DNA of 64,000 bases from Ilumatobacteraceae bacterium (GTDB lineage: Bacteria > Actinomycetota > Acidimicrobiia > Acidimicrobiales > Ilumatobacteraceae): positions 8,257-72,256 of the forward strand of contig JBBANL010000009.1 in NCBI GenBank assembly GCA_040401975.1, read 5' to 3'. The translations under genes were made by a program, and so were the position numbers. Below are positions 29,386-38,254 of the stretch, in pieces (the stretch's first letter is position 1; every line of letters starts with the position of its first letter). The notes below the pieces were generated by a model, which saw nothing but the letters and a program-made list of their open reading frames with translations, did no database searches and was not told where the DNA came from.

Positions 29386-30253
29386 GGCGGTGCCACGCGA
29401 CGACATCGTCGATTGTGTAGCGACCCCAGGTGTAGCCGCCCGCGAGACCGAAAATCGCCGGGGTGTCACCGATGAAGGTGCGGACCAGACGTTCGCGGAT
29501 CCGCAGGTCGCTCTCTGAGACTCCGCTGTTGCGGACATCGACACCCGCGTTGTAGGCGATGAAGTCGAACTTCTCCAGCGTCGATGCGTAGTCGAGCGCC
29601 TTCTCCACCGCCTTGCGGTAGCCGTCGGGGGACACTATGTCGAGTCGGCTGTCGCCTTCGGGTTGCCATGTGTCGAATGCCGACACCGTGACGTCGACCT
29701 GCACGACGTCGCTGTCGAACTTGCGGCTGATGATGTCCCATGTTCCGCCTCCCGCGTGTGCGTCGAGGTCGAGGCAGAGAATCCGACCGGCTCCGAGTTG
29801 TCGTGCCGCATGGATCGCAGCGGCAAGACCGTTGAACGTGCAGTACCCGGCACCGCGATCGTGTGCTGCATGGTGCATGCCCGAACTGAGGCTGCCCGAG
29901 CAGCGGTTGTTGGTGAGCGCATCGTGGGTCGCCGCAATCATTCCCGCGACGTGAGCACGTGCCATGACGTAGATGCCGGGGTCCCACGAGAACGAGCTCG
30001 TCTGCGCGAGCTGTCGCGGCTTTCCTGTTCTGACAGCCGTCACGTATTTCTCGGAATGAATCCATGCAATGACCTCCTCGGCCAGTTCGTAGAGAACAGA
30101 CGGATCGGAGATCGCGACGGGGGAGATGGGGTCATCAATGAGCGACTGTGCGATGTCGATCGCCTTGCGCGTGGTGTCGAATTCGTAGTTGCTGGCGCCG
30201 TAATCGGCATTGTGGAAGATGCGAAGTATGGAACGGACAAGTTGGTTCTGCAT
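29354..30253 (-). CDS. Small histone-deacetylase-family (arginase/deacetylase fold) amidohydrolase
   Basis: Trimmed to ATG 30253 (MQNQLVRSIL...) behind GAAGGAGA. SGMHHA...GYCTFNG, DLDAHAGGGT, YNAGVD and GGY motifs correspond to the HDAC metal and catalytic residues. Confidence 0.7.
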   Translation of the reverse strand: MQNQLVRSILRIFHNADYGASNYEFDTTRKAIDIAQSLIDDPISPVAISDPSVLYELAEEVIAWIHSEKYVTAVRTGKPRQLAQTSSFSWDPGIYVMARAHVAGMIAATHDALTNNRCSGSLSSGMHHAAHDRGAGYCTFNGLAAAIHAARQLGAGRILCLDLDAHAGGGTWDIISRKFDSDVVQVDVTVSAFDTWQPEGDSRLDIVSPDGYRKAVEKALDYASTLEKFDFIAYNAGVDVRNSGVSESDLRIRERLVRTFIGDTPAIFGLAGGYTWGRYTIDDVVAWHRLTIARWAAAS

Positions 30254-30358
30254 GGGTCTCCTTCTGGTTGGGGGGAAGCAAGTGTGACAAGTCCCTGTGT
30301 CAATATTTGTAGAAGCGACACTAAATAGGGTCGGCACTGAGACGTCCGAAGTGGCGCT

Positions 30359-30384
30359 CGTGGACGGCGGGAGATTCGTCCACG
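30359..30384 (+). promoter_or_regulatory. Hairpin in the rho 5' leader (CGTGGACG-10 nt-CGTCCACG)
   Basis: Perfect 8-bp inverted repeat read directly, about 170 nt upstream of the rho ATG. Confidence 0.35.
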
Positions 30385-30552
30385 GTCGTTGCCAAATCGG
30401 GCGATCGGGGCTAAGGTGAGGGTCGCTCGGTTGTCCGAGTTCTCCCCGCCCTCGTTGAGGGGGGTCGAGATTCCCCAATGCGTTCAGCGCTCCGGTGCAT
30501 GGCGCACAGCCCCTCATTCGGTCACGAAAAGACCGCAGGAAAGCAGGAAATC

Positions 30553-32277
30553 ATGGCTGCAGAAGCCCTTGAGAAGTCCGCACTCGAGTCCAAGGACAAG
30601 GACCAGTTGATGGCAATCGCCGATGCACTCGGCGTGAAGGCCCCCGCACGCGCCACGAAAGCGGTGCTGGTCGAGAAGATTCTCGAAAAGACCGGAGTCG
30701 GTGCGGCACCGGCGAAGGCAAAGCCCGCAAAGCGCGACGAGAACGTCGACGCCGAAAAGGCCGACGACGCCGGCGCCGATGAGTCTTCCCAGAAGAAGTC
30801 GAGCGAGCCGATCGTGTACCTCGGCGACGACGGTGAGCCGCTCGCGGAGTGGGAGATCGAACTCGCACAGCACGAGGGTCGACTCGACAAGTTGAAGACG
30901 GCCGGCGGCGGTCAGCGCAACGATCGCGGCGACCGCGGACCACGCCAACAGGGCCAGGGTCAGAACCAGCAGCGCCAGCAGGGTCAGCGCCAGCAAGGTC
31001 AGCAAGGTCAGCAAGGTGGCGACTGGGACGAAGGCGGACGCAACAGCCGTCGCCGTCGCCGTCGCGGACGCAACGGTCGCGACGAAGGTCCGCAGGGCGA
31101 CGATCGCTACGACAGCGGCGACCAGAGCGAGCCGGTCAACATGGATCCCGTCAAGGTCGAGGGCTATCTCGACCTTCGCGATGAGGGATACGGCTTCCTT
31201 CGCGTCGGCGGGTACCAGCCGACTCGCAACGACGCCTACATCCCCGTGAAACTCACGCGTCAGTTCGGTCTGCGCAAGGGTGACCACGTCACCGGAATGT
31301 CGCGACCTGCCGGTCGCAACGAGAAGAACCCGGCGATGCTCGAGATCCACACGGTGAACGGCCAGGACCCGGAGAAGTCGAAGAACCGCCCGCGTTTCGA
31401 GGATCTCACGCCGCTGTTCCCCGACCACAAGTTGCGCATGGAAGACCCGCGCGACCCCACCAACATGACCGCGCGCATCATCGACCTGATCGCGCCCATC
31501 GGCAAGGGTCAGCGCGGTCTCATCGTGTCGCCGCCGAAGGCGGGCAAGACCACCGTGATGAAGACCATCGCGTCGTCGATCGAGAAGAACAATCCCGAGG
31601 TGAAGTTGATCGTGTTGTTGATCGACGAACGCCCCGAGGAAGTCACCGACATGCGTCGCACGGTTCGCGGCGAGGTCATTGCGTCGACGTTCGATCGTCC
31701 GTCCGATGAGCACACGCACATCGCCGAGATGACCATCGAGAAAGCCAAGCGCATGGTCGAGATGGGCGAGGACGTCGTCATCATCCTCGACGGAATCACG
31801 CGACTGTCACGCGCCTACAACCTCGCTGCTCCCGCGAGCGGCCGCATCATGTCGGGTGGTATCGACGCCGGTGCGCTGTACCCGCCGAAGAAATTCTTCG
31901 GTGCGGCGCGCAACGTGGAAGAAGGCGGGTCGCTCACGATTCTTGCGACCGCTCTCGTCGAGACCAACAGCCGCATGGACGAGGCCATCTTCGAAGAGTT
32001 CAAGGGAACAGGCAACATGGAACTGCGCCTCGACCGACGCATTGCCGAGCGCCGCGTGTTCCCGGCCATCGACGTCGATGCCTCGAGCACGCGCCACGAG
32101 GAACTGCTCTTCGAGCGCAAGCAACTGCAACTGGTGTGGAAGCTGCGCCGGGTGCTGAGCGGGCTTGCCCAGGACGGCAACCCCGCTCCGGGCCTGGAAA
32201 TGCTGATGGACCGCCTGAAGACCTTCGGCACCAACGACGAGTTCCTGGCCGAGATCGCAAAGACGCCGGGCGCCTAG
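30553..32277 (+). CDS. rho: Transcription termination factor Rho with an actinobacterial-type N-terminal insertion
   Basis: Trimmed to ATG 30553 ([28 protein letters not shown]). [12 protein letters not shown] Walker A motif. Q/G/R-rich insert. Confidence 0.95.
   Translation: MAAEALEKSALESKDKDQLMAIADALGVKAPARATKAVLVEKILEKTGVGAAPAKAKPAKRDENVDAEKADDAGADESSQKKSSEPIVYLGDDGEPLAEWEIELAQHEGRLDKLKTAGGGQRNDRGDRGPRQQGQGQNQQRQQGQRQQGQQGQQGGDWDEGGRNSRRRRRRGRNGRDEGPQGDDRYDSGDQSEPVNMDPVKVEGYLDLRDEGYGFLRVGGYQPTRNDAYIPVKLTRQFGLRKGDHVTGMSRPAGRNEKNPAMLEIHTVNGQDPEKSKNRPRFEDLTPLFPDHKLRMEDPRDPTNMTARIIDLIAPIGKGQRGLIVSPPKAGKTTVMKTIASSIEKNNPEVKLIVLLIDERPEEVTDMRRTVRGEVIASTFDRPSDEHTHIAEMTIEKAKRMVEMGEDVVIILDGITRLSRAYNLAAPASGRIMSGGIDAGALYPPKKFFGAARNVEEGGSLTILATALVETNSRMDEAIFEEFKGTGNMELRLDRRIAERRVFPAIDVDASSTRHEELLFERKQLQLVWKLRRVLSGLAQDGNPAPGLEMLMDRLKTFGTNDEFLAEIAKTPGA
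30991..31017 (+). repeat. Three perfect tandem copies of CAGCAAGGT inside rho
   Basis: Read directly. It encodes part of [23 protein letters not shown]. Confidence 0.9.
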
Positions 32278-32320
32278 TCCCGATACACTTCAGCGTCCGT
32301 TTCGAGGAGATGCCAGACAG

Positions 32321-32548
32321 ATGAAGACCGACACACATCCCGAGTACACCGAAGTCAGCGTGAAGTGCTCATGCGGAAACTCGTTCACGACCCGCAGCAG
32401 CAAGGGCCAGCCGATTCTTCTCGAACTGTGCAACGAGTGCCACCCGTTCTACACGGGCAAGCAGAAGCTCGTTGACACCGGCGGCCGGGTCGAGCGCTTC
32501 AACAAGCGTTACGGCACCCGCAAGAACGCTCCCGCAAAGAAGGACTGA
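32321..32548 (+). CDS. rpmE: 50S ribosomal protein L31 (Cys-containing type)
   Basis: 75 aa: MKTDTHPEY...CSCG...[13 protein letters not shown]. Confidence 0.95.
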   Translation: MKTDTHPEYTEVSVKCSCGNSFTTRSSKGQPILLELCNECHPFYTGKQKLVDTGGRVERFNKRYGTRKNAPAKKD

Positions 32549-33538
32549 TTGTCCGCCGACGCCGAGCGTCGGTCTCGACTTCTGTCGCTCAAGTTGCGCG
32601 CACTCGTGCGCGGGCACCTGGGTCTCGAGTCAGAACCCGAGGGAACTCCCGAGGTTTTCGCCCTCGGTGCCGCATTCGTCACGAATCACGATGTCTGGAT
32701 CTTGATCGACGGAGACGCGTCACGTTCGCTCGGGCCGTCTCTTGCGTGGTCGTCGAGATTCGACCGACCCGTTCATCTCCTCGTCGAACGCGATTCGGGA
32801 ATCGTCGCCCGTCGTGCGTCGTTGTTCTCGTTGTCGGTGAACGTGTGGCACGTGAACGAAACTTCGTTGTTGCCCGCGGTTGCAGAACCACATCTTCCGT
32901 TCGTCGACGCTCCCGATTCGCACGCGGCACTGATGCCCGTCATCGCCGCCGCCGGAGCCGATGCGGTTGTCGAGCACGGCGTTGTCGTCGGAGAGGTGAG
33001 GGGCCTCGAGATGTGCAGGGTTGTCGACGACGCGACAACCGGCGCCGCACGTCTCGAAGTGGGCATGGGTGCGAACGATCGCGAGGCGTTTGCGATGGTG
33101 CACGGCGACACTCCGACCGAAGAGGCGATGCGCACGGTCATCGAAGCAGTCGCACGGCACCGCGAGCCGGGTGCGATGGTGCACCCGTTCAATCAGTTCG
33201 GTGCAGAACGTCTCCATCGTTGGAACGCGCTGCAGAATCCGTCGAGTGTCGGGTTCGTCTCGCTCGCGCCCGCCGACCCGCCAGTGAAACGCACGAACCT
33301 CAAGGATGCGGTTCCGTGCGTCGCCACGGGAACAACCGTCGGCGGTGACAGGGCTGTCGCGGTGTTCGTCAACGGAATCGATCTCGAAGTGGTTGCATTC
33401 GCGGCCGACGCGGCGGACATGCACGGTTGCGGTCACGTCGTGATCGTCGCGCGACCGCGCGACATCACCGTTTCCCTGCGGAATCTGGCCGCCGCGTGCG
33501 TGATTCCGACGGCCTTCGTCGACATCGACGCGACGTAG
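32549..33538 (+). CDS. Hypothetical protein, 329 aa
   Basis: Track ORF with a TTG start immediately after the rpmE stop. I recognise no family. Confidence 0.5.
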   Translation: MSADAERRSRLLSLKLRALVRGHLGLESEPEGTPEVFALGAAFVTNHDVWILIDGDASRSLGPSLAWSSRFDRPVHLLVERDSGIVARRASLFSLSVNVWHVNETSLLPAVAEPHLPFVDAPDSHAALMPVIAAAGADAVVEHGVVVGEVRGLEMCRVVDDATTGAARLEVGMGANDREAFAMVHGDTPTEEAMRTVIEAVARHREPGAMVHPFNQFGAERLHRWNALQNPSSVGFVSLAPADPPVKRTNLKDAVPCVATGTTVGGDRAVAVFVNGIDLEVVAFAADAADMHGCGHVVIVARPRDITVSLRNLAAACVIPTAFVDIDAT

Positions 33539-33580
33539 TTCCCCCACGCACGACGTCACGTGCCGTACTTTTGTGGTCGC

Positions 33581-34225
33581 ATGTCGCGGTTGACCCCTCT
33601 CGTGTGCGCCGTCGCAATCGGTGTCACCGCCTGTTCGGCACGGAACGATGCAGCACCGACCACCACGTCGACCGAGGCGCCCGCAGTGTCGACCACGGTT
33701 CCCTGGGCCACCGGGGCGGCGGTGAAGGCGTGGCGCACGCACGTGAAGTCGTTCGTGACGAAAGACGTGAGCGCCGTGTCGAAGGGCGACTGCGGTGTGT
33801 TCGCCATGTTGATCACCGAGGGGAGTGCAACGTTCTATTGGTGGGACGGTCTCAGGTGGAACGACGATTCGCGACTGCTGAGAGGCGGCAGGGGGCAGAT
33901 GCCCGAAAAGGTGTACTCGCACGACTTCACGAACGACGGTGTGATCGACTTTTTCGTCACCTACTCGGACAACGATGACAACGGCGGGCCGTTGTACGGC
34001 GCGTTCTTTGCCCACAAGTGGAGCGGTGAGAACATGTGCGACTGGGACTGGGTCGACGTCGACAACGGTCGTGACCTCACGAAGATCGTCGAGTCTCCCG
34101 AGGTCGACCAACGCAAGGGGCTCGTGTACGGCACCGGATTCGCGAAGAGTCGCTGGAAGTCGTTCGGTCTCGTCGACTACCTGCCGTCGAGTGGGTCGTT
34201 CGTCTTCCAACCGGTGACGAAATAG
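33581..34225 (+). CDS. Putative lipoprotein
   Basis: Trimmed to ATG 33581 (MSRLTPLVCAVAIGVTAC lipobox). Confidence 0.6.
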   Translation: MSRLTPLVCAVAIGVTACSARNDAAPTTTSTEAPAVSTTVPWATGAAVKAWRTHVKSFVTKDVSAVSKGDCGVFAMLITEGSATFYWWDGLRWNDDSRLLRGGRGQMPEKVYSHDFTNDGVIDFFVTYSDNDDNGGPLYGAFFAHKWSGENMCDWDWVDVDNGRDLTKIVESPEVDQRKGLVYGTGFAKSRWKSFGLVDYLPSSGSFVFQPVTK

Positions 34226-34254
34226 GGAATCAACCCGCCGTAGCCTGAGAAACC

Positions 34255-35319
34255 ATGAACGACCGGCTTGCGTCAATCGAACGCGATTACACCGAACTCG
34301 AGGTGAGTCTCGGCAGCCCGGAGGTTCTCGGCGACCAGAACAGACTGCGTGAGGCTTCGCGCAGGTACAAACAACTGACGCCGTTGATCCAGTGCATACG
34401 CGATTTGCGGCAGGCCAGGGGCGATGCCGACGCGGCAAAGGAACTCATGGCGGAGACGTCCGGCGACGAACGAGACTCTTTCCGCGCCGAGGCCGCCGCC
34501 GCCGAGGCGCGCGTCGGCGAACTCGAGGAGCTGCTGAAGATCCTGCTGTTGCCACCCGACCCGAACGACGGCAAGAACGTGATCATGGAGATCCGCGGGG
34601 CCGAAGGCGGGGAAGAGGCGAACCTGTTTGCCCGCGACCTGATGGAGATGTATCTCTCGTATGCCGCCAAGCGCGGTTGGCAGGTCGAGACGATCCAGGT
34701 CGACGATTCAGAAATGGGCGGTGTCAACCAGGCCACGCTGCTGTTCAAGGGTGACGACGCGTGGAGCCGGCTGCGGTTCGAGGGTGGTCCGCACAGGGTG
34801 CAGCGGGTTCCCGCGACCGAGGCTCAGGGCCGCATCCACACGTCGTCGGCCACCGTCGCTGTGATGCCCGAGGCCGAGGAAGTCGATGTCGAGATCGACA
34901 TGAACGATCTGCAGATCGACGTGTACCGCGCATCGGGTGCCGGTGGTCAGCACGTGAACACCACCGACTCGGCAGTGCGCATCACGCACAAGCCGACCGG
35001 GGTGGTCGTCGCGATGCAGGACGAACGAAGCCAGTTGCAGAACCGTGCGCGCGCCATGACCGTGCTGCGATCGCGTCTGTTGAAACTGCGTCAAGAAGAG
35101 CAAGAGGCGGCGGCATCGGCGGAACGGCGGGCCCAGATCGGCGGCGGCGGACGCGGCGAGAAGATCCGCACGTACAACTACAAGGAAAACCGCATCACGG
35201 ATCACCGCATCGGCTTCACGCTGTATCAACTCCAGGCCGCACTCGGTGGCGAACTCGACCCGGTGATCGACGCGCTCTCGGAAGACCTGCGCGCGCGCCA
35301 GCTCGCCGAACATGGCTGA
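34255..35319 (+). CDS. prfA: Peptide chain release factor 1
   Basis: 354 aa with the PAT tripeptide region and GGQHVN (GGQ) motif. Confidence 0.95.
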   Translation: MNDRLASIERDYTELEVSLGSPEVLGDQNRLREASRRYKQLTPLIQCIRDLRQARGDADAAKELMAETSGDERDSFRAEAAAAEARVGELEELLKILLLPPDPNDGKNVIMEIRGAEGGEEANLFARDLMEMYLSYAAKRGWQVETIQVDDSEMGGVNQATLLFKGDDAWSRLRFEGGPHRVQRVPATEAQGRIHTSSATVAVMPEAEEVDVEIDMNDLQIDVYRASGAGGQHVNTTDSAVRITHKPTGVVVAMQDERSQLQNRARAMTVLRSRLLKLRQEEQEAAASAERRAQIGGGGRGEKIRTYNYKENRITDHRIGFTLYQLQAALGGELDPVIDALSEDLRARQLAEHG

Positions 35320-36172
35320 CCACGTCACGTGGCGTGACGCTTTGTCCGCCACCGCGGACGCGCTCGGGGACAGATCTCTCGCGCGGTGGTTGTGCGAAAC
35401 CGCAAGCGGATGCGACGCGACGGAGTTCGACGCGGAGCTCGACGGGCTGGTGAGTGCGCGCAGTGCCTCGCACCTCGATCAGATGGTGCGCCGTGTTCTT
35501 GCCGGGGAGCCCGCGCAGTACGTGATGGGTCGGTGGGCGTTCAGGCACCTCGACCTGATGGTGGATGAGCGCGTGTTGATCCCGCGTCCGGAGACCGAGT
35601 TGCTGGTCGAGCACGTTCTTCGATTCGTGTCGACGCGCCCCGCCCCGCATCTCATCGCAGATCTCGGGACCGGCTCTGGTGCAATCGGTCTGTCGCTCCT
35701 CCACGAACTGCCACTCGAGTCTGCAGAGGTCTGGCTCACCGATGTGTCCGCCGATGCCCTGCACGTGGCGCGCGCGAATGCCGCCGGCATCGGACGTCCC
35801 GCAGTGGGTGCCCGGTTCGCAGAGGGTTCGTGGTGCGACGCACTGCCGGTCGACCTGAAGGGAAGATTCGCGGTGCTCGCGAGCAACCCCCCGTACATCT
35901 CACCCGACGACGTCGAGGTGCAGGACTCCGTTCGCGCGCACGAACCGCACGTCGCACTTTTCTCCGGCGACGACGGTCTCCGCGACATCGGCACGATCGT
36001 GTCGCAGGCGCCGCTGTGGCTCGAGCCGGGTGGAATGCTGATCGTCGAAATGGGTCATTCGCAAGCCGATGTCGTTCATGCCCTCTTCGCCGACGCCGGG
36101 TTGCACGACATCACGACCCACACCGACCTCGCGGGGAAACCGCGGTTCACATCGGGAACATCGCGCGACTGA
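35312..36172 (+). CDS. prmC: Release-factor glutamine N5-methyltransferase
   Basis: 286 aa with DLGTGSGAIG (SAM-binding) and NPPY motifs. Overlaps prfA by 8 nt. Confidence 0.9.
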   Translation: MADHVTWRDALSATADALGDRSLARWLCETASGCDATEFDAELDGLVSARSASHLDQMVRRVLAGEPAQYVMGRWAFRHLDLMVDERVLIPRPETELLVEHVLRFVSTRPAPHLIADLGTGSGAIGLSLLHELPLESAEVWLTDVSADALHVARANAAGIGRPAVGARFAEGSWCDALPVDLKGRFAVLASNPPYISPDDVEVQDSVRAHEPHVALFSGDDGLRDIGTIVSQAPLWLEPGGMLIVEMGHSQADVVHALFADAGLHDITTHTDLAGKPRFTSGTSRD

Positions 36173-36193
36173 ACAGACAGAATTGCCCGGCAC

Positions 36194-38254
36194 CTACGCG
36201 AGTGTGCGCCGCAGGAATTCGAGTTGGTGCAGCAGCAGGTTCTCTGCCACCACTTCCTGAGGGGTCATGTGCGTGACCCCCGACAGCGGGAGCACCTCAT
36301 GTGGCTTTCCCGCCGCCAGCAACGCAGACGACAGTTGCAACGTGTGGGCCGCCACCACGTTGTCGTCGGCGAGTCCGTGGATGATGAGCAAGGGGCGTTC
36401 GAGTCTGTGCGCATCCTCGATCAGGGAAGTCGACCTGTAGTGGGTGTCGTCGACACTCGGGTTGCCCACGTACCGTTCGGTGTAGTGGGTGTCGTACAGA
36501 CGCCAATCGGTCACCGGGGCGCCGGCCACCGCGGAATGGAAGACGTCGCCGCGACGCAGCACCGCCAGTGCAGCGAGGTATCCGCCGAAGCTCCAGCCGC
36601 GGATCCCGACCCGCGTCGTGTCGGCGCGCGGTTCGAGGTCGGGCAGGTCGCGAACGATCTCCACCTGGTCGTCGAGCACCACCTGTGCCAGGTCGTTCAG
36701 CACTGCTCGTTCCCACTCGCTGCCTTTGCCGGGGGTGCCGACACCGTCGGCGATCACCACGATGAAGCCCTGATCGGCGAACCATTGCGACGAGAGATAC
36801 GCGGTGCGCGACGCAACGACGCGTTGGCCGTGCGGGCCACCGTACGGGTCGAACAGAACCGGGAGTGAATGAGTGGCGCCGTCGCGGGGGGTCACGATTG
36901 CGACGGGAATGCTGCGTGGGCCGACCGCCATGATGCGCACGTTCGGGTCGACCAACGCGTCCTCGGTGAACGACCTGATGGTGGTGTCGGTTCCGTGCAA
37001 CACGAACTCGGCGCGGGGTGTGGTCATGGTCGAGATCCGCAACACGAGATTGTCTGCGGTGCCCGATGCCGACACGACGCCGTCGACATGAGTGATCTGT
37101 TCGGTGGTGCCCGAGGTGGTGTCATGCGCCCACACGTTGTGAATCCACGGCGTGGTCAGGTCGTTGCCGACGAAGAGAACCGTGTTGCCGACCGACACGA
37201 CGTTGCGCAGCTGCACCGACGGCGCGGTGACGGGAACTCCGTCGACGATGAGGCGTCGTGCGCCGTCACGGTCGGCGGCCGTAACAATCGAGCCGTTCGG
37301 GAGTGTCGAGGGGACTCCCTGCACCAGTTCGACCCACGCGTCGTCAGTGTCGGTGAATGCGACGGTCGACTTGCCGGTTGCGGGGTCGATGCGATGAATG
37401 TCAATCCGCTTCTGGTCGCGTGTCTGGGTTTGGGCAATCAGACCACCCGTGTTCCACGACACCGAGTTCAGGTACTCCCAGTCGCCACCGAGGTCGACAT
37501 TGACTGTCTCGCCGCTGTCGCACGAGATCACGTGCAACGACACCAGAGCATTGTCGGTGCCGGCCGCGGGGTAGCGGTGCTCGACGGCTGGCCGTTCCGG
37601 ATGTGCGGGGTCGGCGATGTGCCACACATCCACCGGCGAGACGTCGACACGGCATGCGGCCAACGACCGCGAATCGGGCGACCACCAGTAGCCACGCATG
37701 CGTCCCATCTCTTCCGCGGCGATGAACTCGGCACTGCCCCACGAAACCGTCGGGTCGGCGTCGTGTGCCAGCACTCGTTCGTTGCCGGCAAGGTCGCTGA
37801 CACACAGGTTGCGTCCGCGCACGTACGAGAGAGTGCTGCCGTCCGGTGACAGACGCACATCGAAGACCCCGGGCGCGACCGTCGGCATCGACACGTCGTG
37901 GGACTCCAGGTCGACAAGCACGATTTCGCCGCCGAGAACCGTCACTGCGCGCGCGACGGCGTCGTCGGTCGCGTAGGTGACGATGCCGCCGGCTCCCTCG
38001 CGGGCACGCTCGCGTCGTCTCAGTTCCTCCTCGGTGAGGTTCTGCAGGTTCGTTCCCAGGGTTCGCGGATCGAGAATTTCTCTTTCGGTTCCCGTTGCGG
38101 TGTCGAGAACCCACAGACAATTCACCGCGTCGGACCCGGACCGCGACCTGACGAAGATGACACGCGAACCGTCGGGCGACACCACGAAGTTGCGCGGCTC
38201 ACCGAGGCTGAGTCGCTGCGTGCGTGCGTACTGACGGGGAAAGGTGTCGCTCAC
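36194..38254 (-). CDS. S9-family serine peptidase (dipeptidyl-peptidase IV/prolyl oligopeptidase-like)
   Basis: Start at GTG 38254 overlaps the upstream TGA (GTGA). Beta-propeller N-terminus and a GWSFGGYLA nucleophile elbow. The rest of the 1138-aa track ORF is read-through over the thiolase gene. Confidence 0.8.
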   Translation of the reverse strand: MSDTFPRQYARTQRLSLGEPRNFVVSPDGSRVIFVRSRSGSDAVNCLWVLDTATGTEREILDPRTLGTNLQNLTEEELRRRERAREGAGGIVTYATDDAVARAVTVLGGEIVLVDLESHDVSMPTVAPGVFDVRLSPDGSTLSYVRGRNLCVSDLAGNERVLAHDADPTVSWGSAEFIAAEEMGRMRGYWWSPDSRSLAACRVDVSPVDVWHIADPAHPERPAVEHRYPAAGTDNALVSLHVISCDSGETVNVDLGGDWEYLNSVSWNTGGLIAQTQTRDQKRIDIHRIDPATGKSTVAFTDTDDAWVELVQGVPSTLPNGSIVTAADRDGARRLIVDGVPVTAPSVQLRNVVSVGNTVLFVGNDLTTPWIHNVWAHDTTSGTTEQITHVDGVVSASGTADNLVLRISTMTTPRAEFVLHGTDTTIRSFTEDALVDPNVRIMAVGPRSIPVAIVTPRDGATHSLPVLFDPYGGPHGQRVVASRTAYLSSQWFADQGFIVVIADGVGTPGKGSEWERAVLNDLAQVVLDDQVEIVRDLPDLEPRADTTRVGIRGWSFGGYLAALAVLRRGDVFHSAVAGAPVTDWRLYDTHYTERYVGNPSVDDTHYRSTSLIEDAHRLERPLLIIHGLADDNVVAAHTLQLSSALLAAGKPHEVLPLSGVTHMTPQEVVAENLLLHQLEFLRRTLA

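Noticed and set aside
25403-30552. Claiming the thrC-rho island is a horizontally acquired mobile element on compositional grounds
   Set aside because: Hand GC counts of several 60-nt blocks inside the island (about 57-63%) are not distinguishable from backbone blocks (about 60%). I saw no integrase, transposase, tRNA flank or direct repeats. Only the 28621..28720 spacer is AT-rich.
30940-31090. Possible CRISPR-like or minisatellite array
   Set aside because: These are only three 9-bp units lying in frame inside rho, with no spacers and no cas genes. It is a coding low-complexity tract. I found no CRISPR array anywhere in the window.
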